Assembly: GCA_944387125.1 (NCBI GenBank)
Contig: CALXDT010000105.1
Location: 220-64,219 of the forward strand
Length of the DNA stretch: 64,000 nt
Origin: an uncultured Oscillospiraceae bacterium
GTDB taxonomy: Bacteria; Bacillota; Clostridia; Oscillospirales; Oscillospiraceae
Reading direction: 5' to 3'
Shown: in pieces, positions 41,523 through 51,569 of the stretch
Layout of the letters: the number at the start of each line of letters is the position of its first letter
How positions within the stretch are numbered: position 1 is the stretch's first letter
Made by a program: the position numbers and the translations under genes
Notes under the pieces: generated by a model
What the model saw: only the letters and a program-made list of their open reading frames with translations
Told to the model about the DNA's origin: nothing
The model's database searches: none

Positions 41523-42461
41523 TTATTTCACATACTCTATGACCACCCGGCGGTTGGGCTCCACGCCGGTGGAGTGGGTGGTGATGTTTTCCATATCCTG
41601 CAGGGCGGCGTGGATCACATGACGCTCGTAAGCGTTCATAGGCTCCAGGGCGGTGCGGCGGCGTGCCTTCAGCACCTGCTGCGCCTTTTTCCGGGCGTAC
41701 CGGCGCAGGCTTTCTTCCCGCTTTTCCCGGTAGCTCTCGGCATCCACGCTGATGCGGACGTGGCCTTCCACACCCCGGTTCACCGCATAGTTGGTCAGAT
41801 GCTGGATGGCGTCCAGGGTGTCTCCCCGGCGGCCGATCAGGTAGCCCAGATCCTCGCCCACCAGATCTACCTTGTAGCTGTTGCCCTCGGCGCTGTAGCA
41901 GTGGGGCTCAGCCTTGGAACCCATGTTCTGAAGCAGACCCTTCAGGAAGGTCTCGATTTTTTCCTCCACGGAACCGGCGGCGGGGGTGGTGTAGACCCTG
42001 ACCGGCTTGGGCTGCTTCGGCTCCCGGCGCTCTTTGGGCTGCTTGGGAGCCTCCGGCTTCTTTTCGGTCTTGGGAGCTTCGGGCTTCTTCTCCGGCTTGG
42101 GCTGTTTGGGCTTTTCGGCCTTGGGCTGGGGCGCGGCCTCTGCCTTGGGAGCCTCCGCCTTGGGAACCTCGGCTTTGGGCGGCTCCGCCTTGGGGGCTTC
42201 GGGCTTTTTCACAGGAGCGGCGGCCTTGGGCTTGGAGCGGGAGGCCGCGCCCAGAGCGGACTTGGGAGCGGTGGGGACCGGATCAGGGGCTTCGTAAGTC
42301 ACCTGAACTTTCGCGGGCTGGGCGCCGAAGCCCAGGAAACCGGACTTGGCCTGCTGAAGGACCAGAACGGATACGCTGTCCCGATCCAGACCCAGCTGAT
42401 TCAGCGCGGCCTCAATGGCAAGGTCAATGGTCTTGCCGGTGGTTACGATGGTTTTTTCCAT
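41523..42461 (-). CDS. jag: Jag/EloR (KhpB) RNA-binding protein
   Basis: Jag_N (GKTIDLAI, GFLGFG), KH (LIGRRGDTL), R3H (ERHVIH). Confidence 0.95.
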   Translation of the reverse strand: MEKTIVTTGKTIDLAIEAALNQLGLDRDSVSVLVLQQAKSGFLGFGAQPAKVQVTYEAPDPVPTAPKSALGAASRSKPKAAAPVKKPEAPKAEPPKAEVPKAEAPKAEAAPQPKAEKPKQPKPEKKPEAPKTEKKPEAPKQPKERREPKQPKPVRVYTTPAAGSVEEKIETFLKGLLQNMGSKAEPHCYSAEGNSYKVDLVGEDLGYLIGRRGDTLDAIQHLTNYAVNRGVEGHVRISVDAESYREKREESLRRYARKKAQQVLKARRRTALEPMNAYERHVIHAALQDMENITTHSTGVEPNRRVVIEYVK

Positions 42462-42464
42462 GGA

Positions 42465-43712
42465 TCATTCCTCCGTAGAATCACTGGCGTAGCGGTTGGG
42501 ATCGTAGCTGCGGCCCTTGCAGTAGGGACGGCTGGGGATGCCGGACATACAGCTTTCCTGGAGGGAATCCTCTTCCAGAATGCCCTTCCTGGCGGCATAG
42601 GCCCGGGCAGCGGCGGCACGCTCCGCCTGCTCCTGATCCCGCTGCTGCTTCTGCAGCTTCTTCTTGCTGGTGTTGGTGGTGATGCCGTCGGGGTTGGCGG
42701 CCCGGCGCTCAGCCCGGAGCCGTTCCTTTTCCGCTTCCAGCCGTTCCTCCTCCAGAGCCTTCTGCAGGCGGATGGCGTCTTCGGCGTCGTAGATCTTCCG
42801 GTAATGGCGGGTCATGATGGGGTCGGTGATCATGCTGACCACGCCGCCCACAAACCAGTACAAGGACAGTCCCGCGGATACGGTAAAGCCGATCCACAGA
42901 GACATCAGGGGCATCATCCACATCATGGTCTTCATGGACTGGTTCTGCTGGGACTTTTTGGCCGTCTCCTTATCCTGGATGCCCTTTTCGTTGGTGACAA
43001 CGGAATCGTTGGTTTTCTGGCTGATCCACATCTGCAGTACCTGGGAGGCGGCAGAGACTATGGGAATCAGGAAAGCGCCGATGTGAGCCCAGTCCCAGGC
43101 CCAGGAGGAGGAGAAGATATTAAACTGGGGAATGGCGCCCAGGTCAATGCCCAGGAAGATGAAGTTGATGCCTTCCAGGGTTCGTTCGCTGATGCCGGGG
43201 ATGGCGGCCTTCAGCTCCTCCACAAACCGGGGGATGGCCTGGGCGGCAACCACCTGATCGTAGACGGTATTGTTGGAAAAAATGCTGGGGTCGGCCTGCT
43301 TGATTACCGCCACAATCTGCTCAGCCACCTCGGCAGACTCCATGAGGATGTAGGTGATGGGCTGGCGGATCACCGCGAACAGGGGCCACAGAATCAGCAG
43401 AGGCACGAAGCTCCACAGGCAGCCGCCGCCCATGGAGACGCCTTCCTTTTGGTACAGCTCCTGGACGGCCTGATTCTGACGCTGGGGATCGTCGGCGTAG
43501 CGCTGCTGGATCTTTTGAATCTGGGGGGTGAGCCGGGACATCTTCATCATGCTCTTTTTGGACTTGGCCCGGATGGGAATGAGCACCAGCTGCACCAGAA
43601 CGGCAAACAGAATCATCGCAACGCCGTAGTTGCTGGTCAGCTGATACAGCTGTCCCAGAAGCCAGCCGAAGGGCACGGTGATAATGTCGGATAATTGAAA
43701 TGCGAGAAACAT
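42465..43712 (-). CDS. yidC: Membrane protein insertase YidC
   Basis: NYGVAMI, GGCL, FLGIDL, GLSLYW; position in the rnpA-yidD-yidC-jag cluster. Confidence 0.93.
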   Translation of the reverse strand: MFLAFQLSDIITVPFGWLLGQLYQLTSNYGVAMILFAVLVQLVLIPIRAKSKKSMMKMSRLTPQIQKIQQRYADDPQRQNQAVQELYQKEGVSMGGGCLWSFVPLLILWPLFAVIRQPITYILMESAEVAEQIVAVIKQADPSIFSNNTVYDQVVAAQAIPRFVEELKAAIPGISERTLEGINFIFLGIDLGAIPQFNIFSSSWAWDWAHIGAFLIPIVSAASQVLQMWISQKTNDSVVTNEKGIQDKETAKKSQQNQSMKTMMWMMPLMSLWIGFTVSAGLSLYWFVGGVVSMITDPIMTRHYRKIYDAEDAIRLQKALEEERLEAEKERLRAERRAANPDGITTNTSKKKLQKQQRDQEQAERAAAARAYAARKGILEEDSLQESCMSGIPSRPYCKGRSYDPNRYASDSTEE

Positions 43713-43745
43713 GGACTTGCCTCCTTAAAAATGGTGGAACGGAAG

Positions 43746-43958
43746 TCAGGGTACGGGATCGTAAATGTCTCCCTTGTAAAAGGGGTGGCAGCGCAGAAAA
43801 CGCCGGAGGGCCAGCCAGCCGCCTTTCCAGGCGCCGTAGCGGGTGATGGCCTCCAGAGCGTAAGCGCTGCAGGTGGGGCGGAACCGGCACCGAGCCGGAA
43901 AAGCCGGAGAGACGCTGCGCTGATAAAAGCGGATCAGGAATAATAGAAGCTGCTTCAT
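43746..43958 (-). CDS. yidD: Membrane protein insertion efficiency factor
   Basis: [21 protein letters not shown]. Confidence 0.95.
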   Translation of the reverse strand: MKQLLLFLIRFYQRSVSPAFPARCRFRPTCSAYALEAITRYGAWKGGWLALRRFLRCHPFYKGDIYDPVP

Positions 43959-44299
43959 GGCGTTTCCTCCCGCAGAACCCCGGCCTTCTGCGCCAGGGTC
44001 AGGTAGCTGCTGACCAGCCGGGAAAAGGGGGCGTCCACGCAGCGGCTGCGCGCCACCACCACAATGTCCCAGCCGGGCTGGAACCGCGCCTCATGGAGCC
44101 GGTAGACCTCCCGAAGACGGCGGCGGACACGGTTGCGCACGTGCGCCTTCCCCAGCTTTTTGCTGACGGTGACGCCGATGCGGTTGCCGCCTGTGCGGTT
44201 TTTCCGGGCGTACAGCACCAGATAGCCGTCTGCAAAGGCGGAAGTGTGGTAGAGCCTGCGGAATACGTGATTCAGCTTCAGGCTGGTGGAAAATTTCAT
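43955..44299 (-). CDS. rnpA: RNase P protein component
   Basis: [25 protein letters not shown]. Confidence 0.96.
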   Translation of the reverse strand: MKFSTSLKLNHVFRRLYHTSAFADGYLVLYARKNRTGGNRIGVTVSKKLGKAHVRNRVRRRLREVYRLHEARFQPGWDIVVVARSRCVDAPFSRLVSSYLTLAQKAGVLREETP

Positions 44300-44312
44300 A
44301 GCCATTCCTCAC

Positions 44313-44359
44313 TAAAAAGGGAGCGGGGCGAATACTCCATTCACCCCGCTGTAGCTCCC
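44313..44359 (-). terminator. Terminator-like hairpin between rpmH and rnpA
   Basis: AGCGGGGTGAAT..ATTCGCCCCGCT plus T5 on the minus strand. Confidence 0.6.
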
Positions 44360-44411
44360 GTTTCGCTTATTCTGCGCGGTATCCCCATGGAGTGACCCAC
44401 CGGAGCGTGCA

Positions 44412-44546
44412 TTAAGCAGACAGAACTTTGCGACCCTTGGCGCGGCGGCGAGCCAGCACCTTGCGGCCATTGGAAGTAGCCATTCTCTGCCGGAAACCGT
44501 GAACCTTGGAACGGTGACGGCGACTGGGCTGATAGGTACGCTTCAT
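44412..44546 (-). CDS. rpmH: 50S ribosomal protein L34 (absent from the ORF track)
   Basis: [44 protein letters not shown]; GGAGG SD; TTGACC-17-TATAAT at 44642-44670. Confidence 0.97.
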   Translation of the reverse strand: MKRTYQPSRRHRSKVHGFRQRMATSNGRKVLARRRAKGRKVLSA

Positions 44547-44857
44547 ATTCGGATACACCTCCTGTCAAAAATCAATATGCTCAACAGCCAAAACGGCCGC
44601 AGCAACACAAAACCACGGACTGCGCACAGTCATGCTCGTACATTATAATCGAAAATCTGCATTTGGTCAATCTTTTTTTCAGAAATTATCAAGAATTCAC
44701 CCGGCTGCCGCGGAAAATGCCGGTTCGCCCATGCTCCCCGGGGGGAACATGGGCGGCGGAAGGGTTTGGCTCCGGAATCACCCCGGGGATTCTCTTTAAA
44801 AATGCCCCATGGGCTGCCCCGCAAGGGCAGCCCATGGGGATTTCATCAGAAATCGTA

Positions 44858-46693
44858 TTACAGCTGCTCCTGGGCGCGTTTCTTCATCAGATTGCGCATC
44901 CGCAGGCCGTGATCCAGCTCCCGCTTACGGATCCGCAGACTCTTGGGGGTGCACTCTAAGAGTTCGTCGTCGGCCAGGAATTCCAGGCACTGCTCCAAAG
45001 AGAAGATCCGGGGCGGCGTCAGCCGCAGGGCTTCGTCGGAACCGGCGGCGCGCATATTGGTCAGCTGCTTTCGCTTGCAGACATTGACGTTCATATCCTC
45101 GTTGCGGCTGCAGATGCCCACCACCATGCCGGCGTACACCGGGGTGCCGGGGGTGATAAACAGGCTGCCCCGCTCCTGGGCGGCGGCCAGACCGTAGGCC
45201 ACGGCCTCGCCGGTCTCAAAGGCCACCAGAGAGCCCACCTGGCGGCGCTCAATTTCCCCCTTCATGGGGGCGTAGGAATCCAGCACCGAGGACATGATGC
45301 CCTCGCCCCGGGTGTCCGTGAGGAACTCGTTGCGGTAGCCGAACAGACCCCGGGAGGGAACCAGGAATTCCAGCCGGTAGCGGCTGCCCATGGGGGTCAT
45401 GCCCAGAAGGTCCCCCTTCCGGCGCCCCATCTTTTCAATCACCGCGCCCATGGATTCTTCGGGCACGTCGGCCACCATCCGTTCGATGGGCTCGCAGAGC
45501 TTGCCGTCGATGGTCTTGGTAAGCACCCGGGGGGTGGATACGGAGAACTCGTAGCCCTCCCGGCGCATGGTCTCCATGAGGATGGACAGGTGCATTTCCC
45601 CCCGGCCGGCCACGTTGAAGGAATCGGTGCCCTGCTCGGTGACATGGAGGGACACATCCTTCAAAAGCTCCCGCTCCAGCCGATCCCGCAGGTTCCGGGA
45701 GGTGACATACTTGCCTTCCTTGCCGGCAAAGGGAGAGTCGTTGACCGCAAAGGTCATTTCAATGGTGGGATCGCTGATCTTTACAAAGGGCAGCGGCTCG
45801 ATTTGCTCCGGGGCGCAGAGGGTGCGGCCGATGGTAATGTCCGCCATGCCCGACAGCGCCACGATCTCGCCGGCGGAGGCCTCCTGGATGGGCTTCTTGC
45901 CCAGACCGTCGAATTCATACAGGGCAACCACCTTGCCCTTCTGCTTGATCTCGGGGTCGTGGTAGTCGCAGATGGTGACTTCCTGGTTCACCCGGATGGT
46001 GCCCCGCTCCACACGTCCCACGGCGATCCGGCCCACATATTCGTTATAATCGATGGAAGAGACCAGCAGCTGCAAAGGGGCTTCCACCTGCCCCTGGGGG
46101 GCGGGGATATAGTTGATGATGGTTTCAAACAGAGGCTTCAGATCCTTGCCCTCCTCGGTGGGGCCGTAGGCGGCAGTGCCCTGGCGGCCGGAGCAGAACA
46201 CCGTGGGGGAATTGAACTGCTCGTCGGTGGCGTCCAGATCCAGCAGCAGCTCCAGAACCTCGTCCATCACCTCTTCGATCCGGGCGTCGGGCTTGTCGAT
46301 TTTGTTCACCGCCACGATCACCTTGTGCCCCAGCTCCAGAGCCTTCTGCAGCACAAACCGGGTCTGGGGCATGGGGCCTTCCGCCGCGTCCACCAGCAGA
46401 ATGACGCCGTTGACCATTTTCAGGATCCGCTCCACCTCGCCGCCAAAGTCCGCGTGGCCGGGGGTATCCACAATGTTGATTTTATAATCCTTATAATAAA
46501 CAGAGGTGTTCTTTGCCAGAATGGTAATGCCCCGCTCCCGCTCCAGGTCGCCGGAGTCCATCACCCGCTCCACCGTGGCCTGATTCTCCCGGTAGATGCC
46601 GCCCTGCTTGAGCATTTCATCCACCAGGGTGGTTTTGCCATGGTCAACGTGGGCAATAATGGCAATGTTTCTGATCTTGTCCTGAGATACCAT
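44858..46693 (-). CDS. typA: Translational GTPase TypA/BipA
   Basis: AHVDHGKTT, DTPGHADF, NKID, GRGEMHL, LTNMRA. Confidence 0.97.
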   Translation of the reverse strand: MVSQDKIRNIAIIAHVDHGKTTLVDEMLKQGGIYRENQATVERVMDSGDLERERGITILAKNTSVYYKDYKINIVDTPGHADFGGEVERILKMVNGVILLVDAAEGPMPQTRFVLQKALELGHKVIVAVNKIDKPDARIEEVMDEVLELLLDLDATDEQFNSPTVFCSGRQGTAAYGPTEEGKDLKPLFETIINYIPAPQGQVEAPLQLLVSSIDYNEYVGRIAVGRVERGTIRVNQEVTICDYHDPEIKQKGKVVALYEFDGLGKKPIQEASAGEIVALSGMADITIGRTLCAPEQIEPLPFVKISDPTIEMTFAVNDSPFAGKEGKYVTSRNLRDRLERELLKDVSLHVTEQGTDSFNVAGRGEMHLSILMETMRREGYEFSVSTPRVLTKTIDGKLCEPIERMVADVPEESMGAVIEKMGRRKGDLLGMTPMGSRYRLEFLVPSRGLFGYRNEFLTDTRGEGIMSSVLDSYAPMKGEIERRQVGSLVAFETGEAVAYGLAAAQERGSLFITPGTPVYAGMVVGICSRNEDMNVNVCKRKQLTNMRAAGSDEALRLTPPRIFSLEQCLEFLADDELLECTPKSLRIRKRELDHGLRMRNLMKKRAQEQL

Positions 46694-47034
46694 GAAAATT
46701 GCGCTCCTTAAACAAAATTTACAATCATACAATACCAATCTAAAAATATAGCACATTGCCAAAAAAATTGCAATATATTTGGGTATAATCCCAAAAATAA
46801 ATTGTCCTTTCCCCGGAGATGCCGGTAAGGGGGAGGCGGGCGGTCTGCCTGCCCGCCGGAAAAAACAACCCCCCCGGGGGCTTCTGCCCCGGGGGAGACT
46901 GTGCTATAATGCCCATGGAAATCCCCGGCCTGGAGGGAAGCCAGACCGGGGCGGTACCGACCCGAAGAAAGAAAAAAGGCAGGTACGCTTACACAATAGC
47001 ACATCCTGCCGGAAAAGGAAAGGAAAAAATGCTT

Positions 47035-48681
47035 ATGAACAGAAAAAAATGGATCGCCCTGCTTTTGGCGGCGGTTATGGTTCTGAGCCTTGCCGCCTGC
47101 GGCGGGACAGCTTCACCGTCCCGGGAGACCCAGGAACAGCAAACCGCCGCTGCCCCGGAAGCGCCTGCCCGGGAGGCCAGGGACAGTGTGGTCATTGCCA
47201 TCGCCACGGAGATGGACACCCTGGATCCCACCAGGGGCTGGGGCCACGGCAACGCCCCGCTGCTGCAATCCACCCTGATCCGGTACACCGCGGACATGAC
47301 CTTTGAAAACGATCTGGCCACCGGCTATACCCTGTCGGAAGACGGCCTTGCCTACACCTTCACCCTCCGCCGGGATGCTTATTTCACCGACGGGGAGCAA
47401 GTCACCGCCGACGATGTGGTGTTCACCCTGAACAAGTGCATTGCCGATCAAACCTCCGCGGATCTGGCTTACGCGGAAAAGGCGGAGAAGGTGGATGATT
47501 TCACCGTGACCGTCACCCTGAAAAGCCCGGTGTCCTTCTTCCTGAACACCATCGCCTCCATCGGCATCGTGCCGGAGCATGCCTATGACCCGGAGACCTA
47601 CGGAACCAATCCCGCGGTATCCTCCAGCCCGTACAAGTTCGTGGAATGGAAGCAGCAGGAGCAGCTGATTCTGGAAGCCAATGAGAACTACTACGACGGG
47701 GCGCCTGCCATTAAGCATGTGACCATCGTGTTCATGGGTGAGGACGCCGCCCTGGCCGCGGTGAAGGCCGGTCAGGTGGACGCCGCCTGTTCCGCCGCCA
47801 CCCTGGCCGCCACCCAGGTGGAGGGCTATCACGTGGAGGCGGTGCCCTCCGCGGACAACCGAGGGTTCACCCTGCCCATGCTCCCCGACGAGGGGAAGAC
47901 CACAGAAAGCGGCTATCCCTACGGCAACAACGTCACCTGCAATCTGGAAATCCGCCAGGCCATTGCCTACTGCATCGACCGGGAACTGGTGGCGGAGGTG
48001 GCTCTGAACGGCTACGGCCGTCCCGCCTACTCAGAAAACGACGGCATGCCCTGGAACAACCCCGAGGGAGCCATTGACACCGATGTGGAATACGCCAAAC
48101 AGCTGCTGGCGGACAACGGCTGGGTGGATACCGATGGGGACGGCATTGTGGAAAAGGACGGCCTGAAGGCGGAATTCACCGTGCTCTATCCCTCCGGGGA
48201 CTCCGTCCGTCAGGCCATCGGCATGGCGGCCGCGGAGCAGGCCAAGGCCATCGGCATCCACATCATCATTGAAGGCACCAGCTGGGACGACCTGGCCAGG
48301 CGGATGTTCTCCTGCGGCGTGGTCATGGGCTGGGGCGCCGCCACTCCCTCGGAAACCTACTACCTGTACCGCAGCCAGGGGGCGCTGCTGGACGACTACT
48401 ACAACCCGGAAGGGTATATGAGCGAAATCACCGACGGCTACATGGAATCCGCCCTTCAGGCCAAAACGGTGGAGGAGGCCTACGCCTACTGGCAGAAGGT
48501 TCAGTGGGACGGTGAGACCGGCACGTCTATGCGGGGACAGTGCCCCTGGGTGTGGATTGTGAACCTGGATCACATCTACTTCCTCCGGGACGGCCTGTCC
48601 ATCGGCGAGCAGCCCATCCACCCCCACGGCCATTCCATCCCTCTGATCCAGAACCTGCAGAACTGGACCTGGGAGGAATAA
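47035..48681 (+). CDS. Family-5 ABC substrate-binding lipoprotein (Ni/peptide type)
   Basis: Lipobox LAAC, LDPTRGWG, C-terminal HPHGH. Confidence 0.88.
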   Translation: MNRKKWIALLLAAVMVLSLAACGGTASPSRETQEQQTAAAPEAPAREARDSVVIAIATEMDTLDPTRGWGHGNAPLLQSTLIRYTADMTFENDLATGYTLSEDGLAYTFTLRRDAYFTDGEQVTADDVVFTLNKCIADQTSADLAYAEKAEKVDDFTVTVTLKSPVSFFLNTIASIGIVPEHAYDPETYGTNPAVSSSPYKFVEWKQQEQLILEANENYYDGAPAIKHVTIVFMGEDAALAAVKAGQVDAACSAATLAATQVEGYHVEAVPSADNRGFTLPMLPDEGKTTESGYPYGNNVTCNLEIRQAIAYCIDRELVAEVALNGYGRPAYSENDGMPWNNPEGAIDTDVEYAKQLLADNGWVDTDGDGIVEKDGLKAEFTVLYPSGDSVRQAIGMAAAEQAKAIGIHIIIEGTSWDDLARRMFSCGVVMGWGAATPSETYYLYRSQGALLDDYYNPEGYMSEITDGYMESALQAKTVEEAYAYWQKVQWDGETGTSMRGQCPWVWIVNLDHIYFLRDGLSIGEQPIHPHGHSIPLIQNLQNWTWEE

Positions 48682-48800
48682 GAAACCCGGCCTGGGGCAT
48701 ACCGCCTTATGCCCCAGGCCCAGCCGGTGTTGGAAGCAGGAGAAATCCTTTCTCTTGCTTCCACTGCCGGTTGAACTGTGAGAAAGAGAGGAGGAACGGC

Positions 48801-49796
48801 ATGTTCCAATGGTTCATAAGACTTGTTCCCAGGGGGCTTCGCTATGGGCTGAAGGTGATTTCCCTGCTGCTGGCGGTGAGCATCATTGCCTTTGCCCTGG
48901 TGTGCGCCTCCCCCATCGATCCGGTGCAGCAGTACATCCTGGGGCTGGGCACCGCCGTGTCCCCGGAACGCCGGGCGGCCATTGAGGAATACTGGGGGGT
49001 CAACGACCCGCCGGTGGAGCGCTACCTGAATTGGCTGGGGAACCTGCTCCGGGGAGATTTGGGGGAGTCCGCCCTGTACCGCCGGCCGGTGGCGGAGATC
49101 ATTTCCCAGCGGTTTGCCAACTCCCTGGCGCTGATGATCTGCGCCTGGGTGCTCTCCGGTGTGATCGGATTTGCGCTCGGGTGTGTTATGGGCGTGTTCC
49201 GGGACCGGTGGCCGGACAAGCTGCTGAAAAAAATCTGCTACCTGCTGTCCTCGGTGCCCACCTTCTGGCTGGGACTGGTGCTGCTGCTGGTGTTTGCCGT
49301 GACCCTGGGCTGGTTCCCGGTGGGCTTTTCCAGCCCCATCGGGGTGCTGGAGGCGGATGTGACATTCTGGCAGCGGCTGCACCATCTGGCGCTGCCGGCC
49401 ATCACCCTGAGCATCGTGTCCTTTCCCGGCATTGCCCTGCACACCCGGCAGAAGCTGGTGGATGTGCTCAGCAGTGAATATGTGCTCTTTGCCCGGGCCA
49501 GGGGAGAGGGGACCTGGACGATCCTCCGGCGCCACGGCCTGCGGAATATTCTGCTGCCGGCTTTGACCTTGCAGTTTTCTTCCTTCGCGGAGCTGTTCGG
49601 CGGCTCGGTGCTGGCGGAAAATGTGTTCAGCTATCCGGGGCTGGGCAGCGCCGTATCCGCCGCGGGGCTGAACTCCGACGTGCCCCTGCTGCTGGGGATT
49701 ACCGTTTTCTCCGCCCTGTTTGTGTGTGTGGGCAATACCATTGCCAACCTGCTTTACGGGATTGTGGATCCCCGGATCCGGGAGGTGTCCCAATGA
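48801..49796 (+). CDS. ABC permease (DppB/NikB-like)
   Basis: GDLGES, FARARG, FSYPGLG. Confidence 0.9.
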   Translation: MFQWFIRLVPRGLRYGLKVISLLLAVSIIAFALVCASPIDPVQQYILGLGTAVSPERRAAIEEYWGVNDPPVERYLNWLGNLLRGDLGESALYRRPVAEIISQRFANSLALMICAWVLSGVIGFALGCVMGVFRDRWPDKLLKKICYLLSSVPTFWLGLVLLLVFAVTLGWFPVGFSSPIGVLEADVTFWQRLHHLALPAITLSIVSFPGIALHTRQKLVDVLSSEYVLFARARGEGTWTILRRHGLRNILLPALTLQFSSFAELFGGSVLAENVFSYPGLGSAVSAAGLNSDVPLLLGITVFSALFVCVGNTIANLLYGIVDPRIREVSQ

Positions 49797-50620
49797 ACAG
49801 AAGGCTGAACCGCCGCACCCGGACGCTGATTCTGACCGCGGCCATGGGGGTGCTGATCCTTGCCGTCTATGCCGCGGGGATCCTGGTGCCGGAGGAATGG
49901 ACCGCGTCCAGCTTCCTGGATGCCAAACAGCCCCCCAGCCTTCAGCACTGGTTCGGCACCGATTCCCTGGGGCGGGATCTGTTCTGGCGAACCGTCAAGG
50001 GATTGTCCGTGAGCATGACCGTGGGCATTGTGGCCAGCTGCGTCAGCGCCGTGATTGCGCTGCTGGTGGGCATTGCCGCTGCCGTCGGCTCCAAGGGCGT
50101 GGACGGGTTTATCAATTGGCTCATTGATCTGGTGATGGGCGTGCCCCATACCATTTTAATCATCCTCATCTCCTTCTGCCTGGGACGGGGGCTGAAAGGA
50201 CTGCTGGTGGGCATCGCCGCCACCCACTGGTGCAGCCTTGCCCGGCTGATCCGGGGAGAAGTGATGCAGCTGCGGTCGCAGCATTACATTGCCCTGTCCC
50301 GGCGCCTGGGGAAAAGCAGCGGCTGGATTCTGACCAACCACCTGCTGCCCCACCTGATCCCGCAGTTCTTCGTGGGGCTGATTCTGATGTTCCCCCATGC
50401 CATTTTGCACGAGGCGTCCGTATCCTTTTTGGGCTATGGCCTGCCTCCGGAGCAGCCGGCCATCGGCATCATATTGTCCGAGAGCATGAAATATCTGTCT
50501 GCCGGCATGTGGTGGCCGGCGGTATTCCCGGGGCTGACCCTGGTGCTGATTGTGCTGCTGATTGACCGGCTGGGGGAGAATCTGCGCATGATCCTGGATC
50601 CCTCCAGCGCCCAGGAATGA
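49793..50620 (+). CDS. ABC permease (DppC/NikC-like)
   Basis: HWFGTDSLGRD, ARLIRG, SFLGYG. Confidence 0.9.
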   Translation: MNRRLNRRTRTLILTAAMGVLILAVYAAGILVPEEWTASSFLDAKQPPSLQHWFGTDSLGRDLFWRTVKGLSVSMTVGIVASCVSAVIALLVGIAAAVGSKGVDGFINWLIDLVMGVPHTILIILISFCLGRGLKGLLVGIAATHWCSLARLIRGEVMQLRSQHYIALSRRLGKSSGWILTNHLLPHLIPQFFVGLILMFPHAILHEASVSFLGYGLPPEQPAIGIILSESMKYLSAGMWWPAVFPGLTLVLIVLLIDRLGENLRMILDPSSAQE

Positions 50621-50633
50621 AAGAGGTGTGATC

Positions 50634-51569
50634 ATGGAAGCAAAGAACGAATCTCTGCTGGAAATACACGATCTTTCTGTAGCCTTCCGGATGTATGACC
50701 AGGTTCTGGGACAGAAGGATCTGCAGGTGATCTCCGATCTGCATCTGACCGTCCGCCCCGGGGAGGTGGTGGCCGTCGCTGGATCCTCCGGCTCCGGCAA
50801 AAGCCTGCTGGCCTCGGCCATTTTGGGAATTCTGCCGGGAAATGCCACAGTGAAGGGGCACCTGCACTATCAGGGGCAGGAGCTGACCCCGGCGCGGCAG
50901 GCGGCGCTCCGGGGCACAGAAATCGCCCTGGTGCCCCAGTCGGTGGCCTACCTGGATCCGCTGATGAAAATCGGCGCCCAGGCCGACGGCCACCGCAGAC
51001 CCAAGCCAACAGAGAAGCGCCGGGAGCTGTTCCGGCGGCTGAGTCTGCCGGAGAAAACCGGAAAGCTCTACCCCTTCCAGCTGTCCGGGGGCATGGCCCG
51101 CCGGGTGCTGGTGTCCACGGCTCTGATCTCCGGCGCCCGGCTGATCATTGCCGACGAGCCGACCCCAGGCATGAGCCTGGATCAGGCCTTGGAGGCGCTG
51201 AAGCTGTTCCGGCAGATGGCGGATCAGGGCAAGGGCGTGGTGCTCATTACCCATGATATTGACCTGGCCTTTGCCTTTGCCGACCGGGTGGCGGTGTTCT
51301 ACGCCGGCACCACCGTAGAAACCGCCCCGGCGGCGGACTTCCGCGCCGGTCCCGAGGCCCTGCGCCATCCCTATTCCCGGGCGCTGTGGCGGGCGCTGCC
51401 CCAGAACGGCTTCCAGCCCATTGACGGCTTCCAGCCCTATGCCGGGGCGCTGCCCGGGGGCTGCCTGTTTGCGCCCCGGTGCCCCTATAAAACCGCCCAA
51501 TGCGAGCAATCGCCCCCGCCGGTGCGGGAGATCCGGGGGGGAGAAGTGAGGTGCTATCATGGCGCTTGA
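50634..51569 (+). CDS. ABC ATPase (DppD/NikD-like)
   Basis: GSSGSGKS, LSGGM, C-terminal GC.FAPRC...C. Confidence 0.9.
   Translation: MEAKNESLLEIHDLSVAFRMYDQVLGQKDLQVISDLHLTVRPGEVVAVAGSSGSGKSLLASAILGILPGNATVKGHLHYQGQELTPARQAALRGTEIALVPQSVAYLDPLMKIGAQADGHRRPKPTEKRRELFRRLSLPEKTGKLYPFQLSGGMARRVLVSTALISGARLIIADEPTPGMSLDQALEALKLFRQMADQGKGVVLITHDIDLAFAFADRVAVFYAGTTVETAPAADFRAGPEALRHPYSRALWRALPQNGFQPIDGFQPYAGALPGGCLFAPRCPYKTAQCEQSPPPVREIRGGEVRCYHGA

Noticed and set aside
31336-43694. Long antisense ORFs of 907, 1044 and 727 aa
   Set aside because: Opposite well-supported pur, jag and yidC genes; no recognisable domains.
46920-46960. Cobalamin riboswitch (GGGAAG, AGCCAG)
   Set aside because: Only isolated words; core aptamer elements and length are missing.
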